Below, piece by piece: positions 50,155-64,000 of a stretch of 64,000 nucleotides of DNA; position 1 is the first letter of the stretch; the number at the start of each line of letters is the position of its first letter. A model generated the notes under the pieces. It saw nothing but the letters and a program-made list of their open reading frames with translations, searched no databases and had not been told where the DNA came from. The translations under genes were made by a program, and so were the position numbers. Origin of the DNA: Stegostoma tigrinum (taxonomy: Eukaryota); assembly GCF_030684315.1 (NCBI RefSeq), contig NC_081392.1, forward strand, positions 558,001 through 622,000. Direction: 5' to 3'.

Positions 50155-52125
50155 AGAGATAGTAAGAACTGCCGATGCCGGAGTCAGAGATAACAGTGTG
50201 GAGCCGGAGGAACACAGCAGGCCAAGCAGCATCAAAGAAGCAGTAGAGTTGATGTTTCGGGTCGGGACCCTTCTTCAGAAATGGGGAAGGAGGAAGGTAG
50301 CTCCGAAATAAATAGAGGTGGCGTTGGGGATGTGAAAAGCAGGTGGGATGGTGATAGACGAGTGCAGGTAGGCAGTGGTGGGGTGACGTCAGTGAGGTGG
50401 GAGGAGCGGATAGGTCTGAAAGTACGCGGACAGGTTGTGTCAGGTCAAGGAGGCGGTGATGAGAGGGAGAGTTGGTCATGGGATGAGGCCGGGAGTGGGT
50501 AAATTTTGAAACTAGTGAAGTCCACATTGACTCCATTTGGTTGTAGGCTCCCAAGGCGGAATATGAGGTCCTTCTCCTCCAGTTCTCGGGTGACGTCATT
50601 GCGATACTGGAGGAAGCCCGGATGGACATGTCGCCAGGGAGTGTGGGCGGGGAGGTAGAGAGGAGATAGGTCTGTCCAGGGAGGACAGACAGGCCAAGGG
50701 GGCAGGATGAGGTCAGTAGGTAGGAGATGGGGGTGGGGCTTGAGGGGGGACGAGGGGATAGGTGGGAGGAAGGACAGGATAGGGAGGCTGGAAAGAGCTG
50801 GGCTCGTTTTCGGATGTGATAGGGGGAAGGGAGATTTTGAAGCTTGTGAAGTCCATTGGGCTGCAGGCCTCCCAAGCGGAATATGAATTTCTGTACCTGC
50901 GACCTTTGGGTAGCATCGTTGTGGCACTGCAGGACGCCCAGGATGGACATGTCATCTGAGGAATGGAAGGAGGAGTTGAAATGGTTCGCAACTGAGAGGT
51001 GCAGTTATTTGTTGCGAACTGAGTGTAGGTGTTCTGCAAAGTGGTCCCCAAGCCTCCTCTTGTTTTCCCCAATGTAGAAGAGGCCTCAACAGGTACAGCG
51101 GATATGCAGTATACCACATTGGCAGATGTGCAGGTGAACATTTGCTTGATGTGTAAAGTCTTCTTGGGGCCTGGGATGGGGGTGAGGGAGGAGGTGTGGG
51201 GGCAGGTGTAGCAGGGGAAAGTGCTGGGTGTGGTGGGATTGGAGGGGAGTGTGGAGTGGGCAAGGGAGTCACGGAGAGAGTGGTTCCTCTGGAAAGCAGA
51301 CAAGAGTGGGGATGGAAAAATGTCTTTGGTGGTGGGGTCGGATTGCAGATGGCGGAAGTGTCAGAGGATGATGCATTGGATCCAGAGGTTGGTAGGGTGG
51401 TACGTGAGGACGAGGGGTATTCTCTTTTGGTGATTGCAGGGATGGGGTGTGATGAATGATTTGTGGGAAATACAGGAGACATTGTCAAGTGCGTTCTCGC
51501 CCACTGCAGGGGAAGTTGCAGTGCTTGAAAAATGAGGACATATGAGATGTACGTGAGTGGATAGCCTCATCCTGGGAGCACATGTGGTGGAGGCAAAGGA
51601 ATTGGGAATAGGGGATGGCATTTTTGCAGGAAGGTGGGTGGGAGGAGGTATTCCAGGTGGCTGTAGGTGTCGGTGGGCTTGAAATGGATATCGGTTTCTA
51701 GGTGGTTGCCGGAGATGGAGACAGAGAGGTCCAGTAAGGAGAGAGGGGTATTAGAGATGGTCCAGGTGAACTTAAGGTTGGGGTGGAAAGTGTTGGTGAA
51801 GTAGATGAATTGTTCAAGCTCCACGTGGGAGCACGAGGCGGCGTCGATACAGCCATCAATGTAATGGAGGAAGAGGTGGGGGTTAGGGCCAGTGTATGTA
51901 AGGAAGAGGGATTGTTCCACATAACCTACAAAGAGGCAGGCATAGCTTGGGCTATTAACTTGGGGGTATCCATGGCCACCCCATTTGTCTGTAGGAAGTG
52001 GGAGGAATTGAAAGGGAAGTTGTTGAGAGCGAGGACAAGTTCAGCTGAGCAGATGAGGGTATCAGTGGAGGGGGAATGGTCGGGCCTTTGGGACAGGAAG
52101 AAGGAGAGGGCCTTTAGGGCATCAA
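50155..52125 (-). mobile_element. Penelope-like element(s), decayed
   Basis: FLHYIDGCID, KQMFTCTSANVVYC; 50155-50650 looks like a second subfamily. Confidence 0.87.
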
Positions 52126-55100
52126 AAAGCTGTAAGTACAGTAAACATATTGGTGCCTGCCACCCAAAACTGTCTTCCTCCAAATACCAAATCCCAACCC
52201 TACCCAGGACCTTCCCCACAATGTGCCTGCCATCATTGGCCATGAGGCCATTGTGGGATCAACCATGGATAACGTCACATCCTCCGCCGCCAGGTACACC
52301 ACATCCGGGACAGCAAACACCATTGACACCACTGTTGATGCCACCGCCCCCATTTCTGACGCCAATACCATATTTACTGAGGAAGCACCCACTGTCACTG
52401 CTGCTATCGCCTCCTACACTGCTCCGCCCACTACCAATGCTGACGCAACTCCACCAACCGCCGACACCAATGCAGCTCCCACACCGCCAATGCTGATGCA
52501 ACTCTGTCCACTGCCGACGTCAATGCAACTCCACCCACCGCCAATGCAACTCTGCCCACAGTGGCGCCGACATCATTTCACCCACTGCCTCTACAGCCAG
52601 CAGCTCCAGAGGAGACAGCAAAACCCAGCCTATCAAGTCTTCACCATCACCCCAGACCTCCCACTTACGGTCAGTCCTCAATAAAGGGCTCACCTTTGTT
52701 CCCCTCCACCCACACGTTAGTGAATCCAGATCACATTTGGACAGAGAGTAGTTCTTCCGCTGCCTCCGCCTTCATGCTTACTTCTTCAACCGCAAGCCTA
52801 ACCCTCCATCTACTGACCCCTTCTCCCACCTCCAATGCAACCCCTCCTCCTGGACACCACCCCAAGGCCTCCTACCCTCCATCCACCTCTTCATCATGAA
52901 CAGCCATTATGACATCAATCGCCTCAAACTCTCCACCCCTGTCACTCACTCCAATGTCTCCCCCACAGAAAGTGCAGCCCTTTGCTCTCTCCGCTGCAAT
53001 ACCAACCTCATCATAAAACTGGCTGACAAGGGAAGCACAGTTGTAGTATGATGCACTGACATCTACATCAGCTTGACTCCACCCCGACCACCAACCCATC
53101 ATCTCCCAAACCATCCATAACCTCTTCACTTCAGGTGACCTCCAACCTCATCGTTCCCCCAATCCTGTACTACCCGCTTCTATCTCCTTTCAAAAACGCA
53201 CAAATCTGACTGCCCTGGTCAACCCATTGTCTCCACATGCTCCTGCCCCACTGAGCTTACCGCTACCTATCTGGACTCCATTTTCTCCCCCTTGGTCCAG
53301 AAGCTCCCTACCTATGTCCGTGACACCACCCAAACCTACCACCTCCTCCAGAACTTCAAATTCCCCTGCCTCCAACATGTCATCTTTACCATGGACCTCC
53401 AGTCACTAAACACCTGCATTCCCCATACAGATGGCCTAAAGGCCCTCCGCTTCTTCCTGTCCCGCAGGCCCAACTGGTTCACCTCCACTGACACCCTCAT
53501 CCGCTTAGCCGAACTCATCCTCACCCTCAACATCTTCTTTTTCAATTCCTCCCACTTCCTACACACAAAGTGGGTGGCCATGGGTACTCACATGGGCCCA
53601 AGCTATGCCTGCCTCTTTGTAGTTTACGTGGAACAATCCTCCTTCCATACCTACACTGGCCCTAATCCCTATCACTTCCTGCATTACATTAATGATCGTA
53701 TTGGCGCCGCCATGTTCTCCCATGAGGACCTCGAACAGTTCATCCACTTCACCAACACCTTCCACCCCAACCTTACGTTCAGCTGGACCATCTCTAATAC
53801 TTCTCTGTCCATACTGAATCTCTGTTTCCATCTCCACAACCATCTAAAAACCAATATCCATTTCCAGCCCACCAACTCCCACAGCTACCTGGAATACACC
53901 TCCTCCCACCCACCTTGCTGCAAAAATGCCATCCCCTATTCCCAATTCCTTCACCTCCACTACATCCTCTCCTGGGATGAGGCATTCCACACCTATACAT
54001 CTCAGATGTTTTCATTTTTCAAGGGCTGCAGCTTCCCCACCTCAGTGGTTGAGAATGCCCTCGAATGTGTCTCCCACATTTCCCGCAACTCATCCCTCTC
54101 ACCCTGTCCCTGCAATAACCACCAAAACAGAATCCCCCCGTCCTCACCTACCACCCACCAAACTCCAGATCAAATGCATTATTTTCCAACACTTCTGCCA
54201 CTGCAATCCGACCCCACCACCAAAGACATATTTTCCTAACCACCCTTATCTGCTTTCTGGAGGGGCTACTCTCTTCGTGATCCCTTGCCCGCTCCACACT
54301 CTCCTCCAACTGCACCTCACCGAGCACCATTCCCTGCAACTGCAGGAAGTGCTACACCTGCCCCCACACCTCCTCCCTCACCCCCATCCCAGTCCCCAAG
54401 AAGACTTTATACATCAAGCAAATGTTCACCTGCACATCTGCCAATGTGATTAACTGCATCTGCTGGACCCATTGTGGCCTCCTCTACACCGGGGAAGCCA
54501 AGCGGAGGCTCAGGGATCACTCTGCAGAACACGTATTCTCAATTTACACTGAACAACTGCACCTCCCAGTTGTGAACCATTTCAACTCTCCCTCCCATTC
54601 TTCAGATGACATGTCCATCCTGGGCCTCCTGCAGTGCCACAATGATGTTCCCAAAAGTTGCATGAACAGCGACTCATATCCTGCTTGTGAACCTCAGCAG
54701 CCCAATGTTATCAATGTGGACTTCATAAGCTTCAAAATCTCCCCTCCCCCAACCACATTCCAAAACCAGACCAGCTAGCTCCCACCTCCCTCGTCATTGC
54801 TCCCACCTCAATCCCCGTCTCCTACCCACTAAACTCATCCCACCCCCTTGACCTGTCCATCCTGCCTGGACTGACCTGTCCCCTCCTTAACTCCCCACCT
54901 ACATTCACCTTCACAGGCTCTAACCGTGCATCCTTGACCTGTCTGCCTCCTCTCACCCTATCTTCTTCTTTATCCATCTTCTATTTGCCTCCCCCATCTC
55001 CTTATTTATTTCAGAATCCCCTTCCCCTCCCCCAGTTTTGAAGAAGGTTCCCAACCTGAAGCGTCAAGCTTTTCTGCTCCTCTGATGCTGCTTGGCCTGC

Positions 55101-55147
55101 TGTGTTCAACCAGCTTCACACCATGTTAACTCAGATTCTCCTGCATC
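52126..55147 (+). mobile_element. Long Penelope-like element, decayed
   Basis: N-terminal low-complexity repeats (~52380-52570), 315-aa RT fragment (FTMDLQSL, VAMGTHMGPSYA), GIY-YIG remnant, terminal repeat. Confidence 0.9.
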
Positions 55148-57792
55148 GCCAGTTCCTACTATCTCTGAATGTAAATGTGTTAGTTCACTGAAAGTGTTAG
55201 GACATGTTGACAGACTGGCTCATCAAGTGCACAGTTCCTAATAGGGCTTTTAGTGGTGCAGTAGTATTGTCCCTATCTCTGGTCCAAGAGACTTGGATTC
55301 AAATCCCACTTACTCCATGGATGTTTAATAACATCTCTAAATAGATTGATTGCATATATCTGCAACACTCTAGTTTTCATTGCTAATGGGATATAGGCAA
55401 ATATGAGGCAGTTGCATTAAAATTGTATCAGTCATTAATTAGACCTCATTTGGAGATTGTGACCAGACAATCTCTACTCTTTAAGTAGGATCTGAAGGCG
55501 ATTCAGAGAGTACAGACCAAATTGGTAAGAATTGATCCCATTATGAGGATGTAGTAAAAATGCCCTAAGACACATTACAAGGGTATGATCAGGAAACTTG
55601 TGATAAAGGATAACATAAAATATAATATGGTAGTCCACCAACTTTTACTCAAATAAGTATGTTTACATGAGTATCTTAAAAGAGGAAAGTGCAACAGAGA
55701 GGCACAGATAACAAGGGAATAAATGCAAGTGATTATTGTCTCTTAGTCGCAATTGGGGTCGCCGGTAGCAGAGCAATGAAAATCCAGAATGGTGAATATG
55801 CAAGAGTTATCATAGCGTTTTGGAGATGAAGGAGATTACATAGTTAGACAGTTTGTAGGATTTGCAGAGGATTACAGGGACATGGGGTTTGCAAGGGCTG
55901 AAGGAGTTTACACAAATAGGGTTTGTTTGAAAGTCAAGAGGAGTTTCCTGAGATAGGAACAACAAGGGGTAAGATGAAGGAACAGTGTGAGGCAAGTGTG
56001 AGGTCCTGGAGGAATTGCAAATACAGGCTCTATCAGTTCTAAACTCAAGATGTGCTTGAATAAAAAAAAAGGAAAATCTTGCCAAACCATGCAGAAACTG
56101 ATGAACTCCCACCTTGGGTTCTGCGGACAATTTTTCCTTTCATAAACAGGGATATAGTTGCATTAGAAGCAGTCCAGAGAATGTTCACTGGTCTGATCAA
56201 AGGATGTGAGATTTGTCTAATGAGGAAAGATTAAGCAGTTTGTGTTTATCTGCATTAGAATCAAGACAAATCAGAAGTGATCTTACTGAAATATATATAA
56301 TTTCAGAGGGAAAGTGGCAAAGTAGATGTTGAGAGAAACTGTTCTCTTTTGGTGGAATCTGAAATTGTGGGAACACTCTCATTTAAGACGGAAATTAGGA
56401 GTAACTTCCCAGGAGAACTTTAGGAGCTGGTATAGAGGTGAAAGCAATCTGGGCCAGTGTGCACTGGCCAATGTGAGGAATCAACCAATTCAGTTCAGGA
56501 GAAACTATCCAATCTTATTATGAGGAGACAGAAAAATCCAAAGGACATGAATGCAAAGCATGTTGGTGCCACTGTTCAAAGGAAAGGGAAAAATTCATGA
56601 CATAATCAAATCGAGGAGTTTAGCTTTACCACATGTCTTCAAAATATGGGAGAGTCAGGGATCAGGGTGAGCATGCAACCATGGAATTTATGCAGTTGAT
56701 TCACAGCCACGTTGAGAAAAGCACCACTGACACTATTTTATGTTTCATGAACTAATGAAGAACTGTCTGGAAAGAGAATGCAACAATGCAGAGAAGCTGT
56801 ATGAATGGCTATCTGAGAGAAGGTCCAGTAACAAGCCTTGACCAGAAACAAAACTGGACTGGTCATCTATGTTTCTTGGCTACAATAATGTTTCAAAATT
56901 CTGTGCTCTTTGCAAATTTGAAGAACGAGGGAAGCAGATAGATGGGAAAATTGCCACATGCAAATTACTGTCTAAATCGCATAAAATCCTACATTCCCCT
57001 TGGAATTATATTGCCATTCCCTCACTGTCAGGAGATAGCAATATCCTAGCAGTACCATTCGTATTTCTGTGGGAAGGAAAGTTGAACTGAGGCCACAATC
57101 TAATCATCCAATATGTTATCCAGCATCCAATTTTTTCCCATTCTTTCATTGTCTCATTCTGTATCCTGATCTCAGCGTGTAGATTTGTTTCATATTATTT
57201 ATTTTCTAAACTGTTTCACAGATTTTGCTCCAAAACGGTAATAGCCTTTGTGTGATTCGAAATTACTTTACCTGCCAAATGGAAGAACAGGAACAGACAG
57301 GACGGAAGCAATGTCTGCATGATGTAAAGAGGCTGTTAATGCCAGTGAGACCATTGCTTGGAGGCCTGAATCAGGCATTGCGAAAATAATCAACTTACTC
57401 TTTTCGCAAGTGAACACTGAACCTCATAAAATCCCGCCCCCATCCCGAATTGACAGCTCAAGTCCACACCTCTCACATTGCATTGCTCCCACCATATTCA
57501 CTGAAAGCATAATTTATGGGAATACAAGGTTTCAAAAGAATCAGATTAACTGAGCAGTGACTGATGCAGCTTAATTTTTACCGAACTATTTTAACATACT
57601 TGTGGCGCAGCTGAGACTTGAACCCTGACCTTGATAAAGTGGAACGGGCCACACTTCAGTAGAGATGATCAGTAACGATATCCCCCGAAGTGTGGTTGAC
57701 TGAGGAATGTCAGTCTCAAAACAATTAATTTTTGAACAGGTCCACGCAGCATATTTTGGTGAAGTTTTTAATTATTTTCGTTTTCTTTCGAG

Positions 57793-58116
57793 GATTCTGC
57801 GGGTCTGAGAAGATTGTGCAGTCCCTGCGGCATGTCGGTGAAATTGAAAGAGCCTGCGATTAATCCCTGTACCCAACGCTGCAGTGATGCTTGCATGTAC
57901 TAGTATCGTCAGATTCCGGGCCAGGGATTCCAAAATCTCTAGTGAGCAATGCATGAAGGGGACCCCACCAGTTCGGAAAGGATCACAGAGAGATTTTTCT
58001 GAAGACGGCTCTTTCGATCTGAATATAGACAAAGTACAACCATGCGATACGGCTCAGTATTTCTGTCCCTGCAGTGATGCGCAGAAGTGAGGCGGAATCG
58101 TGTGACAAAACAGACC
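57793..58116 (+). pseudogene. TCR V pseudogene of a different V family, with a degenerate RSS
   Basis: After an AG acceptor (57791-57792), frameshifted segments read GSEKIVQS / CTQRCSDACMY*YRQIPGQG / DGSFDLNIDKVQPCDTAQYFC. The conserved Trp codon is TAG, and only a nonamer-like ACAAAACAG remains downstream. Confidence 0.75.
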
Positions 58117-60134
58117 TAAGACATTGCTGTTTAACGAATTTTATAATTTGTTGGACAGGCTCAGAGTACAGAGGCCTGTAAATCAATTTGGCCATGCAAT
58201 CAAAGATGAAGTTGTCAATCTTGTACCTTTCTATGTTTCATCGATCGCCGTTCTCTCTTGCATTATCGAAATATCTGTTTATTTATCCAGGCACAATCTG
58301 TTTATCTGCCTATCTATCTATGTCTGTACTTATCTTTCTCGCTATCTGCCTCCATATTTTCTCGCCTAGTATAACTTACTCTAACTTAAAAATAAATAAA
58401 TTTATGTCAACGTGAATTATGTTGCTCCTTTCAGATACAACTTAATTTTAAACAAGTAGATTATGTTATTGAGATAAATGTGTTAACAAGTTTCGGAAGA
58501 AATGGAAATGCGTATAACTTAACTGAATCTTCTATTCTTATTGTGTCAGTCTCAGCTGGGAAAGAGAGGTTTAGTTAGACCATATTCAGTCTGCTTCCAC
58601 CACCCTTAAAAAGTAAAGTCGTGTAGAAGATTAAAAACTCACTCTGTAAAGGAATTCCACATTGCCGCTCCAATTATTGTCCTTTGGCTGTCGAATCATC
58701 TGCAGGTGGAAAGAATTTCTCCTCAATCACTCCCAATTGCCTTCATGACGTTGAGAAACTCCATCAAATCTCCCGTTAAACTTCTCGATTGTAAAGAGAA
58801 GTGTTTCGGTATCTCCGGTCTCTCCACGCAAACATGCCTCTGATGTTTCACATTATACAAAAGCCTGTCATTGGGACACCTGCACTCTGATGGCAGTTTC
58901 AGCACCTGTTGAAAACCGTTAACTCACTTCTCTCAGACAGAAATCTTGTTTGATGTGGTTAGCAAGTGATTGTAGAATTGTTGACAGGGAAGTATTTTAA
59001 GCCATTATTTCTGATTTCCCATATTAGCCTGAACTAAATGAGCTCATAAGTCCGTCCCTCAGATCGTAGAATCTATTTAAGTTAGATATTTAAGCTCTCT
59101 TTCAACACTATCAACATAAAAACCGAAAGAACTGCGGATTAAGGAACAAAAACAAAGTTGCTGGAAAAGTTTAGCAGGCCTGGCAACATCTGTGAAGGAA
59201 AAGAACAGAGTTAATGTTTCGGGCTCGGTGATCCTTCCTCAGAACTTTCTAGACCGAAACGTTAACTGCTATCAACGCGTTCCTATTACCTTCTCACTTC
59301 TCCAGTTTCTCGACGTTAATTATTTCAGCTCTGTTTATTCGACCAGTCTTCCTGCTTTCCACAGTCTCGCCACCTTCTGTGGAAAATATTTCTCCCGAAT
59401 AAGCGACTGGTTAGATGCGACCATCCTGCATATATGGCCAGAAGTTAGATTCGCCTATCGTTTCGTCCCTGTTCTTTGTTCTTTGTCCATTGCCTTCTTT
59501 CATTTTCCAAATATCTTCCGTTCAATTAATTAATCATTTCCATTCAGAAAGCTACGATTGCACCTGCAACGAATACATTCTCAATGGAGATGGTAGCTAC
59601 TGCCAATGTTGGAGATTCAAAGATAACAAGGTGTAGAGCTGGTTGAACACAGCAGGCCAAGCAGTATCAGAGGAGCAGGAAAACTGACATTTCGGGTCTG
59701 GACCTTTCTTCAGAAATGCATTTCTGAAGCGTCAGCTTTCCTGCTCCTCTGATGCTGCTTGGCCTGCTGTGTTCATCCAGCTCTGTACCTTACCATCTCA
59801 TGTTATCAAACGGTATATTTTGTGTCACAAGAATTTCCTGTCTCCATTTCTTCTCAATGCCTTATTAAGCAATTGGCTTGAAATGGTGCATTCTAGAGCC
59901 AACTGATGATATCGGCTATGTTACACCTAGTGATGAGCAATGAGTCAGCATTAATCATTAAACCCTGTAAAAACTTCAGGTGATAATGGCTCCAATAGGA
60001 TAATGTTGCAGCTTTAATTTGAAAGGGGTGGTGTGGATGTAAGATTGGAGTAAGTTTTACATCTGAATAAAGCTAGATGTAAGGTTATAAAGGGAGAACT
60101 AGCTAAAATGAGCATTTAAATTAAGTTTATCTAA

Positions 60135-60445
60135 TGGCACGGTGGCTCAATAGTTAGCACTGCAGCCTCACAGCGCCAGGAATCCGGATTCGATCCCAGC
60201 CTTGGGTAACTGTCTGTGTGACAGTTTGCACACTCTCCCCGTGTCTGCGTGGGTTTTCTCCGGGTGCTCTGTTTCCTCCCACAGTCCAACGATATGCAGG
60301 CTAGGTGGATTGGTCATGCTAAATTGCCCGTAGTGTTCAGGGGTGTGTGGGTTATTGGGGGATGGGTTTGGGTGGGATGTATCAAGGGGAGGTGTGGACT
60401 TGTTGGGCCGAAGGGCCTGTTTCCACACTGTAGAGAATCTAATCA
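60135..60445 (+). mobile_element. HE1-type V-SINE
   Basis: Same family. Confidence 0.88.
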
Positions 60446-60499
60446 TTTGTTTGACCCATGAAGATTTGCTTTATTCAAGCTGGCTGCTGTCCTGTTCTT

Positions 60500-60823
60500 G
60501 GGCTGGACGGTGACTCAGTGGTTAGCACTGCAGCCTCACAGCACCATGGACTCGGGTTCGATTCCAGCCTCGGGCAACTGTCTGTGTGGAGTTAGCACAT
60601 TCTCCCCGTGTCTACGTGGGTTTCCTCCGGGTGCTCCGGTTTCCTCCCACAGTCCAAAGATGTGCAGGCTAGGTGGATTGGCCATGATAAATTGCCCATA
60701 TTGTTCAGGGATGTGTCGATTAAGTGTTTTTATAGGGGAATGGGTTTGGTTGGGGTGGAATGCTCTGTGGGTCGGTGTGGACTTGCTGGACCGAAGGGCC
60801 TGTTCTCACACTGTAGGGATTCT
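60500..60823 (+). mobile_element. HE1-type V-SINE (different tail variant)
   Basis: Same family, GGATTCT tail. Confidence 0.88.
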
Positions 60824-60849
60824 GTGATAAAGATGTCTCAGTCGATATG

Positions 60850-63300
60850 CGGCAGCTGGTTTTAAAGGAGAGATTGAATTACTCACAGCAAAATTTCATC
60901 CCGATTAGGAAAAGCAAGGCTTATTAAGAAAGAATATTTATCCAGAAATATATAAGGAAGTAAAAGATAGTATCAAATTTTAAACAAACACTGTCAAACT
61001 CTGCAAAATTTATTTTAAATGGAAGATTGGTCACATTTTAGGGGCCAGGAACGAATCAGTAAAAACATGGAGAAAGTAAAGTATGAGTGAAAGCAAACGT
61101 AAACATAATAAGAACAGACTTTGTACAAGTACTTGCACAGGAAAATAATAGCTAAAGCTAATGTTTCTCTTCTGGAGTGTGAGCCTGGAGAATTTACAAT
61201 GGAAAACGAGCAAATACTAGAAATATTGAACAAGGGTTTGGGTATGTCCTCACAACAAAAGGTACAAGTAACATCACAGATATACTAGCATATCAGGAAG
61301 GAATAGGAGTAGGTTCCTGAAGCAATTCTAATTGCCAGGGAAAATATGCAAAGAAAACTTGGACCCTATGACTGGCAAATTACCAGTTTCTAATGCCTTT
61401 TATACTAGACCCTTAAAATAACTGACTACAGTTGTCATAGATACCTGCTTTATCAATCTCCAAAATTCAACAGACTACAAAAGGATATTAGCATTTTGTA
61501 AAAATAACTAATGTAACATGTTTGTTCAAGAAAAGGGGAAAACAGAAAATAGGAAAGTTAGCCTAACATTCATCATAAATGCAACTATCTTTTATGAAGT
61601 GTTGTGAAAAAAATTATTTCTACTTAACTAATAATGAATCTCGACTCCAGCTCTCGTTCGAAGCAGTTTATTTTCTTACTTGGTACCAAAGAGAGTGAGT
61701 TTCGATCTCCATGGGCACCCAACTCTGCTAATGCAGAGTATAACAATCTCCTTTATACCATTAACTTCAGAGCAGGGTGTTCCCTGTTGATTCAATTCAT
61801 TGTAAGTTTAAAGAAAACAGATGCTGCTTGAGGTAACAGGAACGCTGTTTTACAGATACCTTAATAATTATTCCTTTAAATGACCTTTGGCATGCAGCTA
61901 GCATGGGGAGTGATATACTGTTTGATTGAAACCCTAGCTTATCAGTAACTGGGCTCCATGGAGATAATAAGTGGCATCTCTAATCCAGCCTAAAACCTTG
62001 ATATAGTGACGATATATCAAAAGATCCTTCTCCAACTCTAGCTAAGATAAGATGTACATAGTGATAACACAGTCTGAGTAACTACTTCCAGACTTCTGCT
62101 AAGCTCGTTAAAATCCCACATGCTAAACTAATCAAAATTCTTGCTCTAAGTCATCAGTTTCTCCCTTGGTTGCTTTTTCTGTCTTGGCCTAAATTCCCAT
62201 CTAGCCCTGAAATGTAAAATTTTTCTTCCACATTAAGGATGTTATACTGGAATTTCTAAAAATTAAAGATATGATCAGGTGGCGTCAATGAACTTGAACG
62301 TTTTGGGAAAGAGAAATCGTTTTTAACTGATTTAATAGTCTTTTTTGTTAGGAACAAGCAAAATGTAAAAAGGATCCCATTGATCTGGTGTTTGGGGTTT
62401 CAAAAATACATTTAGTAAAGTTCCATATCAAGGGCTATTACATGCTATAAGAGCACATGCTAAATGGAGTAACACCTTAGCACGCATACTAGATTGTTTG
62501 GCTTGGTGTTTTTGTGTTGCCACTCTGTAACTTGTACAGCACCACAGGATCAGTTTTAGGATATGAACTATTTACTATCTGTGCCAATGACTTGGATGAA
62601 GAGATAGTTAAATTTTTCAATGACACCATGGTAAAAAGGAAATCAGATTGCCAAAAAGAGATAAACATATAATGAAAATGGACTGTATGACAAATGAAGT
62701 ATAATATTGGAACATATTGAACTGCACTTATTCACAGGAATTAAAAGAAAACTACACTTGATGAGGAGAAAATGCAGAATGCAACATGAAGAGGGATTTC
62801 AGTGTCCTGGAGCAATAAATCAAAAAGTCTCACTTGCAGGTATAGCAAGTGATTAGGAAGAGAAGATGTAAGTTGGGATTGCTTACAATCAGGTTGGAAC
62901 ATAAAAACAGAAAAATTTTATTTCAACTGTACAGCATTTTGGTGACACCCGGACTATTGCATATCATTTTGGTCTCCTTATACTAAAAATATGACTGTTT
63001 TAGAAGCTGACATAGAAGATTCAGGCGAATATTCCTATGTTGAAATTATTAATTTTTGAAGGTTGAATCAGTTGGATCTACGCTCATCAGCGTTTAGAAG
63101 AATGAGAGTTGATCTTGTTAAAACAAAAAAGTTCTTCAGGAAAATAGTTAGGATGGACATAAGAAAGACGTTTCTTCTTATTGCAGGAACTAGAACATTA
63201 TAAATATCATGAACAAAACGCCTCACTTTTAAAACAGATGGGCAGTTTTCTTTTCTTCCAAAAGGTTGATACTTCGTAGAATTTTCTTTTCAGGAACACA
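60850..63300 (+). mobile_element. Highly decayed CR1 ORF2
   Basis: Collinear degenerate RT-region motifs at DNA level (AAGTTCCAT, CCACAGGATCAGTTTTAGG, AGAAGAATGAGAGTTGATCT). Confidence 0.55.
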
Positions 63301-64000
63301 ATGGTGAATGAATGAATTAGATTAACTAATTAACAGTAATTCAAAGGATAATTTTGATACAGAAGGCAACTAAATGTTACGTAAGGAGAGACAGACGGGA
63401 AACCGATCTTATGCCATATGATCTTCTTGATTGGAAAGTAAATCCAAGAGACACATTTCAATCTGTGTTTCCGGGCTAAACTCTCTTCAAGAACGAGGTA
63501 AATGAAGTTGATGTAGGTGTTCATTGCTTCCCTGCCTCAGAGATGCTATCCCTGGCCAGTTACTAAGGGTGCATGAAGTAGATAAAGCTCTGAATGTCTA
63601 ATGCTTGTTGTACTGAAGGACGGACGATGCCGAGGTAAAAATGCCCTCAAACATGTGAATATGTTCATGATAATCTTAAGAAAATCTTGAATCAACCTGG
63701 GCCAGCATTCCTAATGAATTTTGAGGAAGGGTCACTAAACCTGAACTTTAACTCTTATTCCTCTCCGCAGATGCTGCCAGACCTGCTGAGCCTTTCCAGC
63801 AATTTCTGTTTTTGTTCTAACATTCTCTACGCATCAGCAGACTAGTTTTGGCTCCCAGTTTTCCTCTTGAACGCTTCTTGAATGCTTTCTGGGTGACTTT
63901 GGCAACTGTTGATTTGATGTCATAGTCGTAAGCACCACCTCAATCACTTCATTTAAATTCAACCAATTCAAGTCATTGTGAACAGCTCTGTCACATGAAG

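Noticed and set aside
52223-52684. Thr/Ala/Pro-rich 153-aa mucin-like ORF
   Set aside because: Low-complexity tandem repeats within the 5' part of a Penelope-like element, with no exon evidence.
57665-57715. Possible leader exon of the V pseudogene at 57793
   Set aside because: Plausibly placed ATG and GTCAGT donor, but the peptide is not hydrophobic and contains a stop, so it is too degenerate to call.
58270-58350. Degenerate (TATC)n tract
   Set aside because: Ordinary decayed microsatellite.

Overview
Repeat-rich eukaryotic DNA from a cartilaginous fish (shark-type HE1 V-SINEs, a Deu-domain SINE, CR1 LINEs, Penelope-like elements). The window is part of a T-cell receptor V-segment array, most likely TCR beta. 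It has two open V genes on the + strand (leader, intron, V exon, RSS) at 27670-28226 and 46279-46802, both ending YYCAWS and resembling mammalian TRBV30. It also has two V pseudogenes (39758-43116, ~57793-58116) and an orphan 23-RSS (35546). The second open V has a non-canonical 19-nt RSS spacer. An old, internally deleted endogenous retrovirus (17669-27408; tRNA-Ser PBS, gag, partial pol, env, apparent 5-bp TSD) ends 262 bp upstream of the first V start codon. Its 5' LTR is partly inverted and its env is split by a CR1. Penelope-like termini carry minimal hammerhead-ribozyme cores and also occur as short fold-back insertions with TSDs. Most ORFs in the supplied track are transposon fragments or spurious. 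All comparisons were made by eye, and reference sequences were recalled rather than searched.
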